A stretch of 64,000 nucleotides of DNA from Rickettsiales bacterium (GCA_046154225.1 JBJXEM010000007.1:84961-148960); one strand, 5' to 3'. Counted from the stretch's first letter, positions 19,444 through 28,372 are shown. Translations and numbers: made by a program. The notes: a model not told the origin generated them from the sequence alone.

Positions 19444-20787
19444 ATGCATCCGCACAGCATAAACACGCAGCGATTAAGCGGCTGGGGCAACAGCCCGGTG
19501 GAAAGCTGTGCGGTGTGGCCGTTGCACGTGCCGGGCGATGCAGCGCGCATCATTCCCCTCGCCCCGAGTCTCATTGCCTATGGCGGTGGGCGCTCGTATG
19601 GCGACGCAGCGCTGAATCCACCCGGCACGGCCAAAACTGGCGCACTCAACAGCTTCATCGCGGTGGATGACGCGACGGGCATTACCACCGTCGAGGCCGG
19701 AGTCACTCTGCGCGATGTGCTGGACGCCATGGTGCCGCGCGGGTGGTTCCTGCCGGTGATTCCGGGCACGCAGTTCGCCACCATCGGCGGTGCATTGGCC
19801 GCCAATGTGCACGGCAAAAACCACCTGCGCATGGGCGATTTCGCGCGGCATGTGCTGTCGTTCGACCTGACACTCGCGAGCGGCGAAACCGTTTCGTGTT
19901 CGCTTGAGATCAATCCCGAATTATGGCACGCCACCATCAGCGGGCTCGGCATGACGGGCATCATCGAAAACGTGACGCTACAGCTCATGCCCATTCAATC
20001 AGCGCGCATGGAAGTGGCTTACACGGCCTGCGATTCCATTGAAGCGATGCTGGCGCAGTTTGAGGCACAGCGCGATTGCGCGGAATACCTCGTCGGCTGG
20101 GTCGACCATTTCGCGCGGGGCGCGCAGCTTGGGCGCGGCATTGTGGAAGCGGCGCGGCATGTGGCGGTGGCCGATGGCTCACTGGCCGCGCATCGGCCCA
20201 CACGCTCAGCACTCAACGTGCCGTTTTTTGCGCCAAGCTTCACCCTTAACCGCTACAGCATGGCGCTGTATAACGCGCACCGGTTCCGTCAGGCGCTTAA
20301 AACGCCCACGCGCACGGTGGGTTTTGCACATTTTTTTCACCCGCTCGATGGCATCGGCCACTGGAACCGGCTGTATGGCAAGCGCGGGCTGCTGCAATAC
20401 CAGTTCATCGTGCCGGATGGCGCATCGCTGCGGCCGATTCTTGAAGCCTTACAGCAAGCCAACCAATTCTCGTTCCTCGCGGTGTTGAAGGCGCATGGCG
20501 AGGGCAACGGCCTTATGGGTTTTTCGCGCCCCGGCTACAGCCTCGCGCTCGATTTCCCGAACACGCCTGCGGTGCATTCGTTGCTCGACAGCATCGACCA
20601 ACTAGTGCTCGCGGCTGGCGGGCGTGTTTACCTCGCAAAGGATGCGCGGCTAAAACGTGACGTTTTCAAAGCCATGTACGCCCACGCGCTGCCGCAGTGG
20701 CGCGCCACGCTGAAAGCATTTGACCCCACGGGGTATTTCATGAGCAGCATGGGCCGTCGCCTCGGTTTCAAGGAGTATGCATCATGA
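19444..20787 (+). CDS. dprE1: FAD-binding oxidoreductase, decaprenylphosphoryl-beta-D-ribose 2'-oxidase (DprE1) homologue
   Basis: GGGRSYGDAA, TIGGALAANVHGKNH, LYGKRGLLQYQF, LALDFP, GGRVYLAKD; followed by DprE2- and UbiA-like genes. Confidence 0.85.
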   Translation: MHPHSINTQRLSGWGNSPVESCAVWPLHVPGDAARIIPLAPSLIAYGGGRSYGDAALNPPGTAKTGALNSFIAVDDATGITTVEAGVTLRDVLDAMVPRGWFLPVIPGTQFATIGGALAANVHGKNHLRMGDFARHVLSFDLTLASGETVSCSLEINPELWHATISGLGMTGIIENVTLQLMPIQSARMEVAYTACDSIEAMLAQFEAQRDCAEYLVGWVDHFARGAQLGRGIVEAARHVAVADGSLAAHRPTRSALNVPFFAPSFTLNRYSMALYNAHRFRQALKTPTRTVGFAHFFHPLDGIGHWNRLYGKRGLLQYQFIVPDGASLRPILEALQQANQFSFLAVLKAHGEGNGLMGFSRPGYSLALDFPNTPAVHSLLDSIDQLVLAAGGRVYLAKDARLKRDVFKAMYAHALPQWRATLKAFDPTGYFMSSMGRRLGFKEYAS

Positions 20788-21512
20788 GTCACGCATTCAT
20801 TCTCGGGGCCACCTCCACCTTGGCACGCAGCGTGTGCCAGCAACTGGGGCCCACCACCGCGCATTTCACCCTCGTCGGCCGCGATGAGGAAAAGCTGGAG
20901 CGGTTGCAGCGCGACCTCAGCGCCCGTACCAACGCGAAAGTGTCGATTGAGGTGATTGATTTACTGGCTCCGTTTGACGCCCCCGCCCTCATCGCCCGCG
21001 CCGAAGAAGCCCATGGCCCCATCACCCACGGTTTCAGTTTCCCGGGCGCGCTCGGCAATGGCCGGGTGGACGACGCGGCGAATATCGCGGCGCTGGCGCT
21101 GGTGAATTACGTCGCACCCGCGCAATTTCTTACCGCCATCGCCGCGCGTATGCAGAAACGCCGCGCGGGGCAGCTTGTCGTCATTTCCTCGGTCGCGGGC
21201 GACCGGGGGCGCGCCAGCAATTACGCCTACGGCGCGGCTAAAGCGGCGCTGTCCACCTTCACCGGTGGGCTGCGCCAGCTGCTGCATGAGTCCGGCGTGC
21301 AGGTGCTACTCGTGAAGCCGGGATTCATCGACACGCCGATGGCCGCGGGTGTCAAAAGTAAACTCATGGCTTCGCCTGATGCAGTGGCTGCGATTATTCT
21401 CAAAGCCATGGAAAAAGGCAGCGGCAGCATTTACGCGCCGTGGTTCTGGCGGATTATTATGGGCATCATCATCCACCTGCCCGCCCCGATTTTCAACCGT
21501 TTGAAATTATGA
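20784..21512 (+). CDS. dprE2: SDR, decaprenylphosphoryl-2-keto-erythropentose reductase (DprE2) homologue
   Basis: ILGATS, SSVAGDRGRASNYAYGAAKA, VKPGFIDTPM; ATGA overlap with dprE1. Confidence 0.8.
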   Translation: MSHAFILGATSTLARSVCQQLGPTTAHFTLVGRDEEKLERLQRDLSARTNAKVSIEVIDLLAPFDAPALIARAEEAHGPITHGFSFPGALGNGRVDDAANIAALALVNYVAPAQFLTAIAARMQKRRAGQLVVISSVAGDRGRASNYAYGAAKAALSTFTGGLRQLLHESGVQVLLVKPGFIDTPMAAGVKSKLMASPDAVAAIILKAMEKGSGSIYAPWFWRIIMGIIIHLPAPIFNRLKL

Positions 21513-22369
21513 CCCCACTTCTCAAGCTCTGCCGCCCGAAACAGTGGGTGAAAAACCTGTTCGTGCTGGCGCCGCTGGTGTTCGCGCAGCAGGCGGGGCA
21601 GGAACAGCCGCTGCATATGGCACTGGTGGCATTCGTGGCGTTCACGCTCGCCTCGATCGTCGGCTATATCGTGAACGATATGCGCGACCTTGATGCCGAC
21701 CGCCTGCACCCCAAAAAACGCTTGCGGCCATTAGCGGCAGGCACCGTCAGCCTCCATCAGGCGAAACTGCTCATCGTGGCGCTGGTGGTGCCGTTGATTG
21801 CACTGGTATCGATATTGCCGATGGAGGCGACGCTCACCATTCTCGGTTATTTCCTGCTCATGCTGTGCTACTCGCAATGGCTCAAGCACATCGCCATTAT
21901 CGACGTGATGGTGATCGGCGCGGGTTTCGTACTGCGGCTGCTGGCAGGCGGCTACGCCACCGGCATTGCGCTCTCGCCATGGATTATTCAGGTGACGTTT
22001 TTGCTGTCGTTGTTTCTCGGCTTCGGCAAACGCTACGGCGAAATCACCAGCGACACGGGAAACTCTGCGCGCAAAAGCCTGCATGGCTATTCCAGCGAAT
22101 TCCTCGACCGCTTAATGGCCATCTGTTGCGGCGCGACGCTTTTGTCCTATGCCATTTACGCAGTGGATACGGCCGCACGCCTCCACCGCACGGCGTTTGT
22201 CTATTCCAGCCTGTTCGTGGCGTTCGGCATGTTCCGCTATTTGCAGCAGCTTTACCTGCACAGCCACGGCGAAGCACCGGAAGAAGCGCTCTACCATGAC
22301 CGGCTTTTCCTCGCCAACATCGTGGCATGGCTGTTGTTTTGCCTGTGGCAATTTGGCGGAGCGGCTTAA
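21509..22369 (+). CDS. UbiA-family polyprenyl-phosphate phosphoribosyltransferase (Rv3806c/NoeC-like)
   Basis: RPKQWVKN, YIVND.RD...DR.HPKKR.RPLAAG, LFLGFGKRYGE; ATGA overlap with dprE2. Confidence 0.88.
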   Translation: MTPLLKLCRPKQWVKNLFVLAPLVFAQQAGQEQPLHMALVAFVAFTLASIVGYIVNDMRDLDADRLHPKKRLRPLAAGTVSLHQAKLLIVALVVPLIALVSILPMEATLTILGYFLLMLCYSQWLKHIAIIDVMVIGAGFVLRLLAGGYATGIALSPWIIQVTFLLSLFLGFGKRYGEITSDTGNSARKSLHGYSSEFLDRLMAICCGATLLSYAIYAVDTAARLHRTAFVYSSLFVAFGMFRYLQQLYLHSHGEAPEEALYHDRLFLANIVAWLLFCLWQFGGAA

Positions 22370-22442
22370 AATCGCGCAGGCGCAAACATGGCATGCATAA
22401 GCAAGCGCTTGCCAGCAGCGAAATTTCCGCCATGCTCTGGCA

Positions 22443-23366
22443 ATGCCAACACGCACCCCATCCATCGCCGTATTGTTGCCGTGCTATAACGAGGCCATTA
22501 CCCTCGCGCAGGTGATTGGCGAATTCAGGCAAAGCCTGCCCACCGCGCGCATCGTGGTGTTCGACAACAACTCGAAGGATGACTCCGTCGCCATCGCCAA
22601 AGCGGCGGGCGTAGAAGTTTTCCATGTGAACCTGCAAGGCAAAGGCAATGTGGTGCGCCGCATGTTCGCCGATATCGACGCCGATATTTACGTGATGGCC
22701 GATGCCGATGCGACCTACGACGCCAGCCGCGCTAGCGAATTGGTGGCGCCGATTATGAGCGGCGAGGCAGATACCGTCATCGCCGTGCGCGAGGCAGATC
22801 GCAGCGCGTTCCCCTCGGGCCATTTGTTCGGCAACAAGATGTTTAACTTAGTGGTGGGTCGCCTTTTCGGGCGCGGTTTGCGCGATATTTTCTCGGGCTA
22901 CCGGGCATTTTCGTACCGCTTCGCCAAAAGTTTCCCGGCCCACAGCGAAGGCTTCGAGATAGAAACCGAAATGAGCATTTTCATCCTCGAACAACGCATT
23001 CCGGCGCTTGAAATCGGCATGAAGTACGGCGTGCGGCCTGAAGGCTCGGTCAGCAAACTGCACACCTACCGCGACGGGTTTCGTATTTTAATGACCATTC
23101 TGCGCTTGTTCAAGGAAGCAAAACCCCTGCTGTTCTTCTCGATTTTCGCGGGCCTGTTTGGGTTCGGTAGCCTCATGCTCGGCCTGCCGCTGGTGAATGA
23201 ATGGAGCGAAACCGGCATGGTTCCGCGCATGCCCACGGCCATTCTGGCCTCGGGCTTCGCGCTGCTGGCTGTGATTGTCTTCGTAGCCGGGTTGATGCTC
23301 GACAGCGTGGCGCGCACCTACCGCGAAACGCGCCATTTGCGTTACCTCAACGCCCGTCGGAATTAA
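22443..23366 (+). CDS. GT2 polyprenol-phosphate glycosyltransferase (GtrB/DPM-like)
   Basis: LLPCYNEA, DNNSKD, QGKGN, MADADATY, DIFSGYRAF, GFEIETE, two C-terminal TM helices. Confidence 0.88.
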   Translation: MPTRTPSIAVLLPCYNEAITLAQVIGEFRQSLPTARIVVFDNNSKDDSVAIAKAAGVEVFHVNLQGKGNVVRRMFADIDADIYVMADADATYDASRASELVAPIMSGEADTVIAVREADRSAFPSGHLFGNKMFNLVVGRLFGRGLRDIFSGYRAFSYRFAKSFPAHSEGFEIETEMSIFILEQRIPALEIGMKYGVRPEGSVSKLHTYRDGFRILMTILRLFKEAKPLLFFSIFAGLFGFGSLMLGLPLVNEWSETGMVPRMPTAILASGFALLAVIVFVAGLMLDSVARTYRETRHLRYLNARRN

Positions 23367-23367
23367 C

Positions 23368-23775
23368 GTGCGCCAGCGCGTCACAGAATTCCTGCGCTTT
23401 TGCATCGTGGGCCTGATGGGCTATTTCGTCGATGCGGGCACACTCGAATTACTGGTGCATGCGGGTCTGGAAAGCTGGCTCGCGCGCGTCTTTTCCATCC
23501 CGACCGCCCTACAATGCACTTACGCGCTGCACGGCCTGTTCACCTATCGCGGCCATGGCGATTTCAGTCGCCGAAAATGGGCCGGATTCATGCTGTACAA
23601 CCTGCTCGGTGCGGCCATTAACTATACGATTTTCCTGATCGTGCTGCGCATGCTACCTTTCACTTCGGAACTGGCGCAACGGCAAGGCGCGTTGTTTTGC
23701 GGTATGGCCGTCGCACTATGGTTTAACTACTGGGCGACGCGACACTTCGTGTTCCGCCGCGCGGATCGCCCATGA
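23368..23775 (+). CDS. GtrA family flippase
   Basis: 135 aa, four hydrophobic segments, FLRFCIVG start and FNYWATRHFVF end. Confidence 0.85.
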   Translation: MRQRVTEFLRFCIVGLMGYFVDAGTLELLVHAGLESWLARVFSIPTALQCTYALHGLFTYRGHGDFSRRKWAGFMLYNLLGAAINYTIFLIVLRMLPFTSELAQRQGALFCGMAVALWFNYWATRHFVFRRADRP

Positions 23776-25664
23776 GCACGCGCCTCGCCGATTACAGAAA
23801 CGGGCTGCTGGCATTGCTGGTGATGCTCGTACCACTGGTGCTGATGGTCATCCGTCACTGGCACGACATTCCGCTCGATGCGAACGGCCGCGCGTTCGGC
23901 GTGGCCGACCCCGACCCGTGGCTGCGCCTCACCCTCGTGCGCGAATGGCTGAGCGGCGGCAGTTGGTTCGATCACAGCGTCGCGCGCACGAATGCACCGT
24001 TCGGCGGTATCGTCAGCCCGTGGACGCGGCCGCTGGATGTGGTGATCGCCGCCTTCACGCAGCTGCAACCCTACAGCGTCGCGCTCGACATTCGCCTCGC
24101 GCGCACGGCGCTCATGCTGCCGGTGCTGTGGGCGGCACTCATGATGCTGGGTGTTTACCGTGCCGTGTGGGCCTTCGCGCCCATGCGCACTGTGCTATGG
24201 ATGGCCAATGCGTTGGCCCTCACCGGCCTTTCCATGTGGGCCTTTTTTGTCGCGGGCTATGCCGACCACCACGCGCCGCTTGCGGTGCTGTTGGTGTGGG
24301 TGGTGGGCGGCCTGTTGCGGGGTGATAAATTTTCGCTGGGCTTCAGTGGCGTGCTGCTCGGCCTCATGCTGTGGATGAGCCCGGAAGCGCTGATTCTCAT
24401 CGGCGCGATTTACGCGTGGCTGGGCCTCGCGTGGCTACGCGGCGCACCACTGGCGGCGAAACAATTGCTGCTGGTATCGGGTTACGCTGCCCTCACCACC
24501 ATTGCGGCGCTACTGATCGAGAGGCCCGAAGCACAATGGTTCACGCCAGTCTACGATTCCATTTCCATCGTGCATGCGTGGCTGATGGCGGGCTGTGCGT
24601 TGATTGCGTTGCTGATGGTGACGATCGAGGGCGATGCGCTACAGCCACTCACCTTCCGCTGGCGCTGGCGTATTGCGGCAGTGAGCGTGGCGTTTCTGCT
24701 CAAACTGCTCCACCATTACTACCCGCTGTTTTTCGCGGGGCCCATGGTGGGGGTCGACCCCTACATCACCAATCATTTCCTGAAAATCATCACCGAGGCG
24801 CAGCCTGTCACCAGCCATCACTGGCTGTTCATCGCCGCCATGCTGGCACAACCGCTTATGGCGCTTTGCGTCACGCTACGCGCCACGCGCGGGGGCAGCG
24901 TTATCCCCCAAAAGCAGGCGCGGCTGCTGGCGTTTCTTCTGGCGTTTACGCTGTTGCTCTACGCGGTCGAGCAGCGCTGGTATTATTATTTCTACCCGCT
25001 AGTCGTCATCACCCTTGCCCCGTGGCTGGCGGCGCTGATGAACCCGACGCACCCCCTCACCACCGGCCGCGCACCGGCGCGTTGGCTGGAAGCCCTGACG
25101 CCGAACCAGCAGGCACTGCGGCGCATGCCGGTGGTGCTTGCATTGTTAGCCGCGCAAGGCCTTTTATTGCTGGCCGCGCCCGATGAAACCACCCCGCGTT
25201 CGCGCAACATCAACACCTGCCATGCCAAAGCACGCAGCCTCATTTACAGCGGTGCGCTGAATGATTTGGGCGGTGGCAAACCCCTTACCGTTTTCACTTC
25301 CACCGACCTTGGCGGTGAAATCCTGTTCTGGACACCGCATCGCATCATCGCCTCGAACTACCACCGCGAGGGGCCGGGCATTCGCTATGTGTGGGAGGCC
25401 GATGCGATAACCGACGCACAGGCATTGCGCCGCTACTTGGCCCAGCGTCATGTCGATGCATTACTGATTTGCCCCGTCGTTCGCGCGCCGGAAGCAAGTG
25501 TGCTGCAAGGCCTGCAACAAAGTAAACCAACGCCCGCATGGCTGAAGCGCGTAGCCGTCACCATTCCGCTAAAGCCCGACACGGACGCGAAACCCACGCC
25601 GGACGACATGCCGGATAGCACCTCCAACCCCGCCGTTTTTCTGGTTGTGGGCCATAGAACTTGA
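23772..25664 (+). CDS. Multi-pass GT-C glycosyltransferase, STT3/AglB-like
   Basis: DPDPWLRL..PFGG..PW..P.D, GYADHH, about 11-13 hydrophobic segments, soluble C-terminal domain VFTSTDLGGEILFWTPHRIIASNYH; ATGA overlap with gtrA. Confidence 0.7.
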   Translation: MSTRLADYRNGLLALLVMLVPLVLMVIRHWHDIPLDANGRAFGVADPDPWLRLTLVREWLSGGSWFDHSVARTNAPFGGIVSPWTRPLDVVIAAFTQLQPYSVALDIRLARTALMLPVLWAALMMLGVYRAVWAFAPMRTVLWMANALALTGLSMWAFFVAGYADHHAPLAVLLVWVVGGLLRGDKFSLGFSGVLLGLMLWMSPEALILIGAIYAWLGLAWLRGAPLAAKQLLLVSGYAALTTIAALLIERPEAQWFTPVYDSISIVHAWLMAGCALIALLMVTIEGDALQPLTFRWRWRIAAVSVAFLLKLLHHYYPLFFAGPMVGVDPYITNHFLKIITEAQPVTSHHWLFIAAMLAQPLMALCVTLRATRGGSVIPQKQARLLAFLLAFTLLLYAVEQRWYYYFYPLVVITLAPWLAALMNPTHPLTTGRAPARWLEALTPNQQALRRMPVVLALLAAQGLLLLAAPDETTPRSRNINTCHAKARSLIYSGALNDLGGGKPLTVFTSTDLGGEILFWTPHRIIASNYHREGPGIRYVWEADAITDAQALRRYLAQRHVDALLICPVVRAPEASVLQGLQQSKPTPAWLKRVAVTIPLKPDTDAKPTPDDMPDSTSNPAVFLVVGHRT

Positions 25665-25687
25665 TTTAATAAATGGGTGTGGAAGTG

Positions 25688-25776
25688 TGTCATCCCGGCC
25701 TTGTGCCGGGATCCAGCCACGCAACGTAGTAAGTGCCTATGGCTTGGCTGGATCCCGGGATAAACCCGGGATGACA
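25688..25776. repeat. Palindromic element family A
   Basis: TGTCATCCCGGCCTTGTGCCGGGATCCAG...CTGGATCCCGGGATAAACCCGGGATGACA. Confidence 0.9.
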
Positions 25777-25872
25777 GACGAAATTGACTTCAGCTAACCC
25801 GCAAACGGCATTTGTCATTTTGCTAAAATGGTATAGTGCTGACACTTCACCATCTGAGCCCGGAGAATTGCC

Positions 25873-26067
25873 ATGCCCATCGTTCAAATCCACATGCTGG
25901 AAGGCCGCGACATCAACAAAAAGCGCGAGCTGGTGAAGCGCATGACCGAAACCGTGCAGGAAGTGCTGGGCTCGCCGCCGCATAAAATCCGCATCATTCT
26001 GTCGGACATGGCGCACCAAAACTACTCCGTCGCCGGCAAGCTGTATTGCGACGAGGACCTGACCTAA
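25873..26067 (+). CDS. 4-oxalocrotonate tautomerase family protein
   Basis: (M)PIVQIHMLEGR with catalytic Pro1; 64 aa; GGAGA RBS. Confidence 0.88.
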   Translation: MPIVQIHMLEGRDINKKRELVKRMTETVQEVLGSPPHKIRIILSDMAHQNYSVAGKLYCDEDLT

Positions 26068-26141
26068 ACTACTGGTTTTTCCCCATCCGTATGTTATAGT
26101 ATGACTTGATATGATTAAGTATGAAGAATAAGGGGTTTCCT

Positions 26142-26405
26142 ATGGCTGACCTAGAACGCATTACTATCGCTATGCCCGCCGAAATGGCGGCAATGCTACG
26201 CGCCACTGTTGAGCGTGGGGAATACGCTTCGACCAGCGAAATCATCCGCGAGGCATTGCGCGACTGGAACCGCAAGCAGGAAAATTACGAACGTGACCTC
26301 GCGGAACTACGCGAAGCCATTCGCGTTGGCGACGAAAGCGGGCCGGGTATTCCGATGGATGAAGCGTTCGCCGAGATTTACCGCCGCCTGAAACAGAATC
26401 ATTAG
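26142..26405 (+). CDS. parD: ParD-like ribbon-helix-helix antitoxin
   Basis: ITIAMP...VERGEYASTSEIIREALR...LREAIRVGDESG. Confidence 0.85.
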   Translation: MADLERITIAMPAEMAAMLRATVERGEYASTSEIIREALRDWNRKQENYERDLAELREAIRVGDESGPGIPMDEAFAEIYRRLKQNH

Positions 26406-26413
26406 GATACACC

Positions 26414-26704
26414 ATGCTTGGCATTGTGCTGCGTCCTCAAGCGCTCCATGATTTGGAAGCTATTGGCCGTTTCATCGGCGCCGACAACCCTAAGCGCGGC
26501 GAATCGTATGTGCAGGAACTACATACATTCATTGATGGGCTAGCCGACTTTCCACACATTTACCCCGCGGTGCCCGAATTAGACGATGCGCGCTTGGCAC
26601 AATACGGCAAATACCATATCTATTATCGCATAACGGCTACCCAGCTTTTTGTGGTCCGTGTCCTGCACAGTGCCCGCGACATAGCAAAGAATTTTAACAC
26701 ATGA
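26414..26704 (+). CDS. parE: ParE/RelE family toxin
   Basis: PQALHDLEAI..FI..DNP, LADFP, YHIYYR..VVRVLHSARD. Confidence 0.85.
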   Translation: MLGIVLRPQALHDLEAIGRFIGADNPKRGESYVQELHTFIDGLADFPHIYPAVPELDDARLAQYGKYHIYYRITATQLFVVRVLHSARDIAKNFNT

Positions 26705-27726
26705 CCCCCACGCTTCTCCCCTCGGGCCTGATGGATGTGCTGCCGCCACAAGCGGCGGCAGAGTTTCGGCTCATTCATTTGTTTCTTAAAACCTTCATGG
26801 GCTTTGGCTACCAGCCGGTGATTCCGCCGCTGGCCGAATATGCCGAGCCGATGCTGGCGGGGCAGGCACAGGCCACCAGCCATCATGTGTTTCGCGTGGC
26901 CGACCCCCTTAGCCCCACCATGCTGGGCTTGCGTGCCGACATGACCGGGCAGGTTGCGCGCATCGCGACCGGCGCGCTTGGCAGTCAGCCGCGCCCACTG
27001 CGTTTGTGCTATGCGGGCTACACACTGCGCACCACTGCCGAAGCCCTCAAAACCCGGCGCCAGCATACGCAAGTGGGCATCGAGCGGTTTGGCGAAGCGA
27101 ACACCCACGCCATCGCCGAAGTGCTGGCCATTGCCGCGCATGCGCTCGACAGCAGCGGCATTGCAGGCCTCACGATTGATTTGCATTACCCCTCGGTGCT
27201 CGAAGCATTGCTCACCCACTACCCCGCCGGGCAACACACTGCCCTACGCGACGCGGTGCGCCTGAAAGACCACGCGCGCCTGCACGCGCTGGGCGCCCTC
27301 GACATCGCCGAAATGATGCGCCACACGGGGGCGGCGGAAACCGTGCTGCAAAAACTGAGTAGCTCGCAACTGACGGAGGTGAAAAAAGCGGCGACCGAGC
27401 TATCGGCACTTGTCGCGGCGTTGAAACAACAAGCGGTCACGGCCACCCTCACCATCGACCTGCTCGATCTGTCGGGCTACGGCTACTACCACGGCATCGG
27501 CTATGCGCTGTACTGGAACGCTCCGGGCATCGAGGTGGGTCGCGGCGGAGTATACCGAACCGGCGACGGCGCCGAAGCCGTGGGCTTCACCCTCTACATC
27601 AACGATCTGCTCGATCACCTCCCCGTCGAGCCCGCGCCCGAGGTTAAAACCCTCGCCCCCGGCACCCCTGCCAAAGAGGCAGCAGCCCTTCAAGCGCAAG
27701 GGTTCGTCACGGTGTTTGGCGATTAG
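26701..27726 (+). CDS. hisZ: ATP phosphoribosyltransferase regulatory subunit HisZ
   Basis: LPSGLMDVLP, LRADMTGQVARI, RLCYAG, RQHTQVGIE, YYHGIGY, GRGGVY. Confidence 0.85.
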   Translation: MTPTLLPSGLMDVLPPQAAAEFRLIHLFLKTFMGFGYQPVIPPLAEYAEPMLAGQAQATSHHVFRVADPLSPTMLGLRADMTGQVARIATGALGSQPRPLRLCYAGYTLRTTAEALKTRRQHTQVGIERFGEANTHAIAEVLAIAAHALDSSGIAGLTIDLHYPSVLEALLTHYPAGQHTALRDAVRLKDHARLHALGALDIAEMMRHTGAAETVLQKLSSSQLTEVKKAATELSALVAALKQQAVTATLTIDLLDLSGYGYYHGIGYALYWNAPGIEVGRGGVYRTGDGAEAVGFTLYINDLLDHLPVEPAPEVKTLAPGTPAKEAAALQAQGFVTVFGD

Positions 27727-27731
27727 GAAAT

Positions 27732-28103
27732 TTACTTTGCGACCACTGCAAACGCAGGTACGCCGTTTTGCAGGCGGCCGTCGTCGAGGGCGTCGGTGAT
27801 GACGCGGCTGGCGGCGGCGCGTTCCTCGGGCGAAATAATGCCGTCGGCGTTGATGCCAATGAGGAAGCCTTTCAGCCGCTCCATCATCTGCGGGTCGTCG
27901 ATGGTGACGGTTTTGCCGTCGCGTACGAACATCACTACCGCGCGGTCGCTTTTGCTGTTCGACGGCACGCCGGTTGCGATTTTTTCGCGGTAAACAGTGG
28001 ATTCCTGCCCGTTATTTAACTGCCGCTCGGGCACGGCTGCATACATCAGTGCGCCGTTGCTGAGCAACGTGACAACCGCTTCGGGAACTTTCGACTCGCT
28101 CAT
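27732..28103 (-). CDS. Hypothetical protein
   Basis: Non-overlapping ORF filling the hisZ-purA gap, host-like codons, GAGG upstream; no family recognised. Confidence 0.6.
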   Translation of the reverse strand: MSESKVPEAVVTLLSNGALMYAAVPERQLNNGQESTVYREKIATGVPSNSKSDRAVVMFVRDGKTVTIDDPQMMERLKGFLIGINADGIISPEERAAASRVITDALDDGRLQNGVPAFAVVAK

Positions 28104-28148
28104 GGCAAACCTCAAAGTGCAGGATATTCGGACATTAGCACAGGGGTC

Positions 28149-28164
28149 GTTAACAAACCGTTAA
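28149..28164 (-). promoter_or_regulatory. CtrA-type binding site
   Basis: Minus strand reads TTAA-CGGTTTG-TTAAC, matching TTAA-N7-TTAAC; about 45 bp upstream of the 27732-28103 gene. Confidence 0.6.
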
Positions 28165-28227
28165 TTTGCATAAAAAGCGGTGTACAGGGGTTAACAACTA
28201 TGCCAGAAAACCGCCGCGACGAATTTC

Positions 28228-28358
28228 GTCATTCCCGCGCAGGCGGGAATCCATCTCGGCGAGTCTTCGCCGCGTACGAATAACGATTCCAGTCTGTTGT
28301 AAGCCAGCTTTTTTGCTCGTGCTTCGCACGCTGGATCCCCGCCTTCGCGGGGATGACA
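28228..28358. repeat. Palindromic element family A, long subtype
   Basis: GTCATTCCCGCGCAGGCGGGAATCC...GGATCCCCGCCTTCGCGGGGATGACA; internal motifs shared with 53526-53657. Confidence 0.9.
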
Positions 28359-28372
28359 AGGAGAGGGTTTGA

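Noticed and set aside
18393-25776. Genomic island integrated at tRNA-Ser
   Set aside because: No integrase, no duplicated tRNA 3' end (attR) found, and the cassette has host-like GC
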